This document shows, piece by piece, positions 59,503 to 64,000 of a stretch of DNA of 64,000 bases. Within the stretch, counting starts at the first letter, position 1. Each line of letters starts with the position of its first letter. The position numbers and the translations under genes are program-made. Source of the stretch: an uncultured Pseudomonadota bacterium. Its GTDB lineage: Bacteria > Pseudomonadota > Alphaproteobacteria > JACZXZ01. A model generated the notes under the pieces. The model did no database searches and was not told the DNA's origin. It saw only the letters and a program-made list of their open reading frames with translations. The stretch covers positions 96,001 through 160,000 of the forward strand of contig CAVVLJ010000004.1 in assembly GCA_963749075.1 (NCBI GenBank), given 5' to 3'.

Positions 59503-60394
59503 ATGGCGGACATCCGCTTCTACCGCGATTATCCCTTCGCATACGGCCGCCTCGAGGACGTCTCGCCGCTCGTGCGCCGCGTCGTCGCGCGCAACCCGAG
59601 CGCCTTCACCTTCAAGGGCACCGCCACCTTCATCCTGGGCCGCGGCCGCGTCGCCGTGATCGATCCGGGCCCCGACCTCGCCGAGCACGTGGCGGCACTC
59701 CTCGAAGCGCTCCGCGGCGAGAGCGTCGACAAGATACTGGTCACCCACACGCACCGCGACCATTCGCCCGCGGCGGCGGCGCTCAAGCAGGCGACGGGTG
59801 CCGGCACTTATGGTTTCGGCCCCCACGGCGCCGGCTTCGGGCCGGCGGTCGAGGAAGGCGGCGATCGCGATTTTGCTACCCGACGTGCGCCTCGTGGACG
59901 GCGACGCGATCGAGGGGCCGGGCTGGCACGTGACGGCCGTGCATACGCCCGGCCATACCTCGAACCACCTGTGCTTCGCCCTTGCCGAGGAGCGCACGCT
60001 CTTCACGGGCGACCACGTGATGGGCTGGTCGACGAGCGTGATCTCGCCGCCCGACGGCGACATGGCGGCCTATATGCGCTCGCTCGAGAAGCTCCTCGGG
60101 CGCGACGACGCCCTCCTCAGGCCGACCCACGGTCCGGCGGTCGGCGATCCCAAGGCGCACGTGCGAGCCTTCATCGCCCACCGCCGCGAGCGCAGCACCG
60201 CCATCCTCGCCCGGCTCCGTGCCGGCGAGACGACGATCCCCGAGCTCGTCGCCGCCATCTATCGAGGCCTACCCGACAATCTGCGCGCCGCCGCCGGCCG
60301 CTCGGTGCTGGCCCACCTCATCGAGCTCGCCGCCTCGGGCGAGGTGGTGTGCGAGGGCGAGGCCGCGATCGACGGACGCTATCGGCTGCGCTAG
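59503..60394 (+). CDS. MBL-fold metallo-hydrolase; +1 frameshift near 59877
   Basis: NPSAFTFKGT, THTHRDHS; then TPGHTSNH, GDHVMGWSTS, PTHG. Confidence 0.87.
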
Positions 60395-60451
60395 CGGACG
60401 AGAGAAGCGCGCGGCACCCGGAATCTGTTAATCTCGCGATGCGGCCGTGAG

Positions 60452-61714
60452 ATGGGGGAGAAGACGCGCGTGGACGTCATCATCATCGGCGCCGGCATCG
60501 GCGGGCTCACCCTCGGCCTGATGCTCGAGCGCGCGGGCATTCCCTGCCGCATCTACGAGGCGTCGCCGGCACTCAAGCCGATCGGCGTCGGCATCAACCT
60601 CTTGCCCCATGCCATGCGCGAGCTCTCCGCCTTGGGCCTCGAGGAGACGCTCGCCGGCATGGGCGTGCTCACCGCCGAGTCCGCCTTCTTCAACCGCTTC
60701 GGCCAGCTCATCTACAAGGAGCCCCTCGGTCGCGCCGCGGGCTACGACTGGCCGCAGGTCTCGATCCACCGCGGCGACTTGCAGCTCGCCCTCGCCGAGG
60801 CCTTTCGCGCGCGCGCGGGCGAGGAGCGCTTGCTGCTCGGCTGGCAATGCACCGGAGCCGCCGAGGAGGCGGGTGCCGCACTCGCCTCCTTCGCCGCGGC
60901 CGGCAGCGGGGAGCAATTGCCGACCCAGCGAGGGTGCGCCGTCATCGGCTGCGACGGCATCCATTCGGTGTTGCGCCGGCAGCTCTATCCCGAGGAGGAC
61001 GAGCCCATCTATTCCGGCGTCAACATGTGGCGCGGCGTCACCCGCTGGCGGCCGATCCTCTCCGGCGCCACGATGATCCGCGCCGGCTGGTTCAGCCACG
61101 CCAAGATCGTCGTCTATCCCATCCGCGACAACGTCGACGGACGCGGCCGTCAGCTCGTCAATTGGGTCGTCGAGATCGCGACGGCGAAGCACGAGCGCTG
61201 GAACTGGAGCCGGCCGGGGCGGCTCGCGGACTTCATCGCCCCGCTCGCCGAGTGGCATTTCGACTGGCTCGACGTGCCGGCCTTCATCCGTGCCGCCGAC
61301 GTCATGCTGGAATATCCCATGGTCGACAAGGACCCTTTGCAGCATTGGAGCTTCGGCCGGCTGACGCTGCTCGGCGACGCGGCGCATCCCATGGTGCCGC
61401 GTGGCTCGAACGGCGCCGGGCAGGCCATCCTCGACGCGGCGGCACTCGCCGCGAGCCTCGCGGCGGAGGCAGACGCCGCGGCGGCACTCGCGGCCTACGA
61501 GAAGCAGAGGCTCGAGGCCACGGCCAAGGTCGTGCGCACCAACCGCACCATGCCGCCAGACGCCATCCTCGGCGAGGTCTACAGGCGCACCGGCGACCGC
61601 CCCTTCGTCCGAATCGACGACGTGATCAGCCGCGACGAGCTCGCCGCCATCTCCGACGGCTACAAGAGGATTGCCGGCTACGACAAGGAGGCGCTCAGCC
61701 GCGCATCCGGCTGA
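60452..61714 (+). CDS. FAD-dependent monooxygenase
   Basis: GAGIGGL, IGCDGIHS, LLGDAAHPM.P.GSNGAGQAI.DA. Confidence 0.9.
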   Translation: MGEKTRVDVIIIGAGIGGLTLGLMLERAGIPCRIYEASPALKPIGVGINLLPHAMRELSALGLEETLAGMGVLTAESAFFNRFGQLIYKEPLGRAAGYDWPQVSIHRGDLQLALAEAFRARAGEERLLLGWQCTGAAEEAGAALASFAAAGSGEQLPTQRGCAVIGCDGIHSVLRRQLYPEEDEPIYSGVNMWRGVTRWRPILSGATMIRAGWFSHAKIVVYPIRDNVDGRGRQLVNWVVEIATAKHERWNWSRPGRLADFIAPLAEWHFDWLDVPAFIRAADVMLEYPMVDKDPLQHWSFGRLTLLGDAAHPMVPRGSNGAGQAILDAAALAASLAAEADAAAALAAYEKQRLEATAKVVRTNRTMPPDAILGEVYRRTGDRPFVRIDDVISRDELAAISDGYKRIAGYDKEALSRASG

Positions 61715-61741
61715 CGGCGCTCAAGGGAGGAGGACGGCCCG

Positions 61742-62980
61742 ATGGAGACTCCGCGATCCGCGCGCTACGAATTCGCCATCGTGGCGCTCCTCGTGCTGTT
61801 CTGGGGCAGCGTCGGCCTCAACCGGGTCGGCATCGGCTTCATCTTTCCCCAGATCGTGCCCGAGTTCCACATGGCGATGTGGCAGGCAGGCCTGCTCATT
61901 TCCGGCACCTCGATCACCTGGGCCTTCAGCAGCTGGATCGGCGGCTGGCTCTCCGACCGCTACGGCCGGCGCCGCATGCTGCTGCCCGCGGCCGGCTTCG
62001 TCTGCCTCACGACCGCGGCCATGGGCGGCACCTGGAACTTCCTCTCCATGTTCATCGTGCGCGACCTGCTCGGCATCGGCGACGGCATCGGCTGGTCGGT
62101 CGGCGAGGCCACCATCAACGAGGAGTCGGCACCCCGCCGGCGCGGCCTCAACCAGGCGCTCTTCACCGCGGGCTATACGCTCATCGGCGCGGGGCTCGGC
62201 GCCCTCGTCATCACCACGCTCACGCAGCACTTGGGCTGGCGCTGGGTCTTCCCCATCATCGGTGCCGCGACGGCGCTCGTGGTGCTCGGCCTCTACGCCG
62301 TGATGCGCGAGCCGCCGCGGCACACGCTCCTCCACTCGCGCGACTGGCGGGCTTCCTTGAAGATGCTCGGGGATCGCTCGCTGCTATACGTCACCATCGC
62401 AGGCTGCGCCGTCCTCACCTGGCTGCAGATCTCGATCGGCTTCAACCTGCTCTTCCTCACCAAGGTGCGGCAGTTCAGCCTGCTCGATGCCGGCGCCATC
62501 GCCTCGGTCTGGGGCTTTGCCGGCGCCGCCGGCCAGGTCTTGCTCCCCCGGCTCTCCGACTTCTGGGGCCGCCGGCCGACCGTCCATGCCGCTGCGTCAC
62601 TCTGCGCCATTGCCTTGGTCCTTTATCTCATCGGCGGCTTCGGCATGCGCGGCATGCAGATCCTCCTCGGGCTCAGCGGCTTCTGCGGCTTCGGCGTGCT
62701 GCCGATCGTGCTGGCAACCTGCGTGAGCGAGCTCGTGCCCGAGGCGCAGCGCGGCACCGCACTCGGCATGACGAACTTCTTCGCCGTCATCGTCGGCACC
62801 ACCCTGATGCCGGTGGTGGGCGGCGTCATCGCCGATCACCTGACGCTCGGTGCTGCGATGGGGATCGCCGTGCTCAGCCAGATCGTCGTGGCCGCCTCGA
62901 TCATGGCAGTCAAGGAGACCTCGCCCCGCGCCCTCGCGCGCAAGGGCGGGCCGCCGCCGGCAGCACCTCCCGCCGGCTAG
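61742..62980 (+). CDS. MFS transporter
   Basis: GWLSDRYGRR and RLSDFWGRR motif A; about 12 TM segments. Confidence 0.9.
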   Translation: METPRSARYEFAIVALLVLFWGSVGLNRVGIGFIFPQIVPEFHMAMWQAGLLISGTSITWAFSSWIGGWLSDRYGRRRMLLPAAGFVCLTTAAMGGTWNFLSMFIVRDLLGIGDGIGWSVGEATINEESAPRRRGLNQALFTAGYTLIGAGLGALVITTLTQHLGWRWVFPIIGAATALVVLGLYAVMREPPRHTLLHSRDWRASLKMLGDRSLLYVTIAGCAVLTWLQISIGFNLLFLTKVRQFSLLDAGAIASVWGFAGAAGQVLLPRLSDFWGRRPTVHAAASLCAIALVLYLIGGFGMRGMQILLGLSGFCGFGVLPIVLATCVSELVPEAQRGTALGMTNFFAVIVGTTLMPVVGGVIADHLTLGAAMGIAVLSQIVVAASIMAVKETSPRALARKGGPPPAAPPAG

Positions 62981-63036
62981 CCGGCGGCATCGCCGCACCC
63001 CGATCTCGGCGGCGATCCCGACCGGGCGCCCGCGCC

Positions 63037-63927
63037 TCAAGGATTTTGGCCCAAAGGCTTCCCTCCCTCCCGGCGATCGGCGTTGGCCTTGGCGAGCTCG
63101 GCGCCGAAGAGGAGGATCTGCGCCGAGAAGAAGACCCAGAGAAGGACCACCACGAGTGCGCCCGCGGCACCATAGGAGGAGGCGATCCGGCTCGAGCCGA
63201 TGTAGAGGCCGATCAGGTATTTGCCGGCCGTGAAGAGGAGCGCCGTCCACGCCGCGCCGAACCGCACGTCGCGCCACTCGACGTGCTTGTCCGGCAGCAC
63301 CTTGAACATGGCGGCGAAGAGGAGTGCGGTGAAGGCGAAAGAGACCGCCAGATGCATGGCGCGCAGCGCCAGCGGCAGGCTCGGGACGACGCCCGCGAGA
63401 TAGTCGCTGAAGGCGGTGAGCGCCGCACTCGCGGCGAGCGACACCAGGAGTAGGAAGCCGGTGGCGACGATGAGCGAGAGGCTCAGGAGCCGCGCCTTCA
63501 TGAGGCGCCAGAGGCCGTATCCGGGCCGCGGCTTGGCGTGCCAGATGACGTTGAAGCTCGTCTGCAGCTCGGCGAGCACGGCGGTGGCGGTGACGAGCAA
63601 GGTCAGAATCGCGATCGCCGTGGCGACGAGGCCCGTATGGACGTCGGCCGCGTTGCGGATGACCGCCTCGAGGGCCGCCGCCTTGTCGCGGCCGATCAGG
63701 CCGGAGATCTCGCCGATGAGGGCGCCTTCCGCCGCCTTGCGTCCGAAGGCGAGGCCGGCCGTGGCAATGACCAGGAGGAGGATCGGACCCAGCGAGAACA
63801 CCGTATAGAAGGCGATCGCCGCACCCATGCTGGGAGCGCGGTCGGCAAACCAGTTGGCGCCGGCGCTGCGGAAGAGGGCGAGCCATGCCCTGGCGGCCGC
63901 CGCCGGGCGCGCTGCGGCGCTCCTCAT
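63037..63927 (-). CDS. YihY/BrkB-family membrane protein
   Basis: GAAIAFYTVFSL.P, SSYGAAGALVVVLLWVFFSAQILLFGAE. Confidence 0.88.
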   Translation of the reverse strand: MRSAAARPAAAARAWLALFRSAGANWFADRAPSMGAAIAFYTVFSLGPILLLVIATAGLAFGRKAAEGALIGEISGLIGRDKAAALEAVIRNAADVHTGLVATAIAILTLLVTATAVLAELQTSFNVIWHAKPRPGYGLWRLMKARLLSLSLIVATGFLLLVSLAASAALTAFSDYLAGVVPSLPLALRAMHLAVSFAFTALLFAAMFKVLPDKHVEWRDVRFGAAWTALLFTAGKYLIGLYIGSSRIASSYGAAGALVVVLLWVFFSAQILLFGAELAKANADRREGGKPLGQNP

Positions 63928-64000
63928 GACGGGACGGATTGTATATCGACCGCGGCAGCGCGGGCCACGATGGCGTCTCCCCGCGAAGTTGCGCAATGAC

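Noticed and set aside
37113-64000. Integrative element or prophage starting at tRNA-Gln
   Set aside because: No integrase, phage genes or duplicated tRNA 3' end were found, and downstream genes have host-like composition.

Overview
High-GC alphaproteobacterial chromosome segment, judged by the ccrM gene, CtrA- and alpha-LexA-type boxes and gene order. A conserved backbone (mutY, ccrM, rnhB, PA0069-type radical SAM, moaB, lytic transglycosylase, UDG, ETF-QO, TPR, ispE, PodJ-like protein, tRNA-Gln) is interrupted by accessory genes. These include four type II toxin-antitoxin modules, a DUF6602-like nuclease, a PepSY/two-component locus, a hybrid kinase plus c-di-GMP phosphodiesterase pair, a glycerophosphodiester ABC locus and a large N-compound catabolic cluster. 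Several families of intergenic palindromic repeats are present. Six genes carry single-base (+1) frameshifts that look like sequencing errors. The top finding is a complete, apparently leaderless, Arg-codon-rich leader peptide with antiterminator and terminator in front of argD, i.e. a candidate ribosome-mediated arginine attenuator. No CRISPR array, integrase or transposase was seen.
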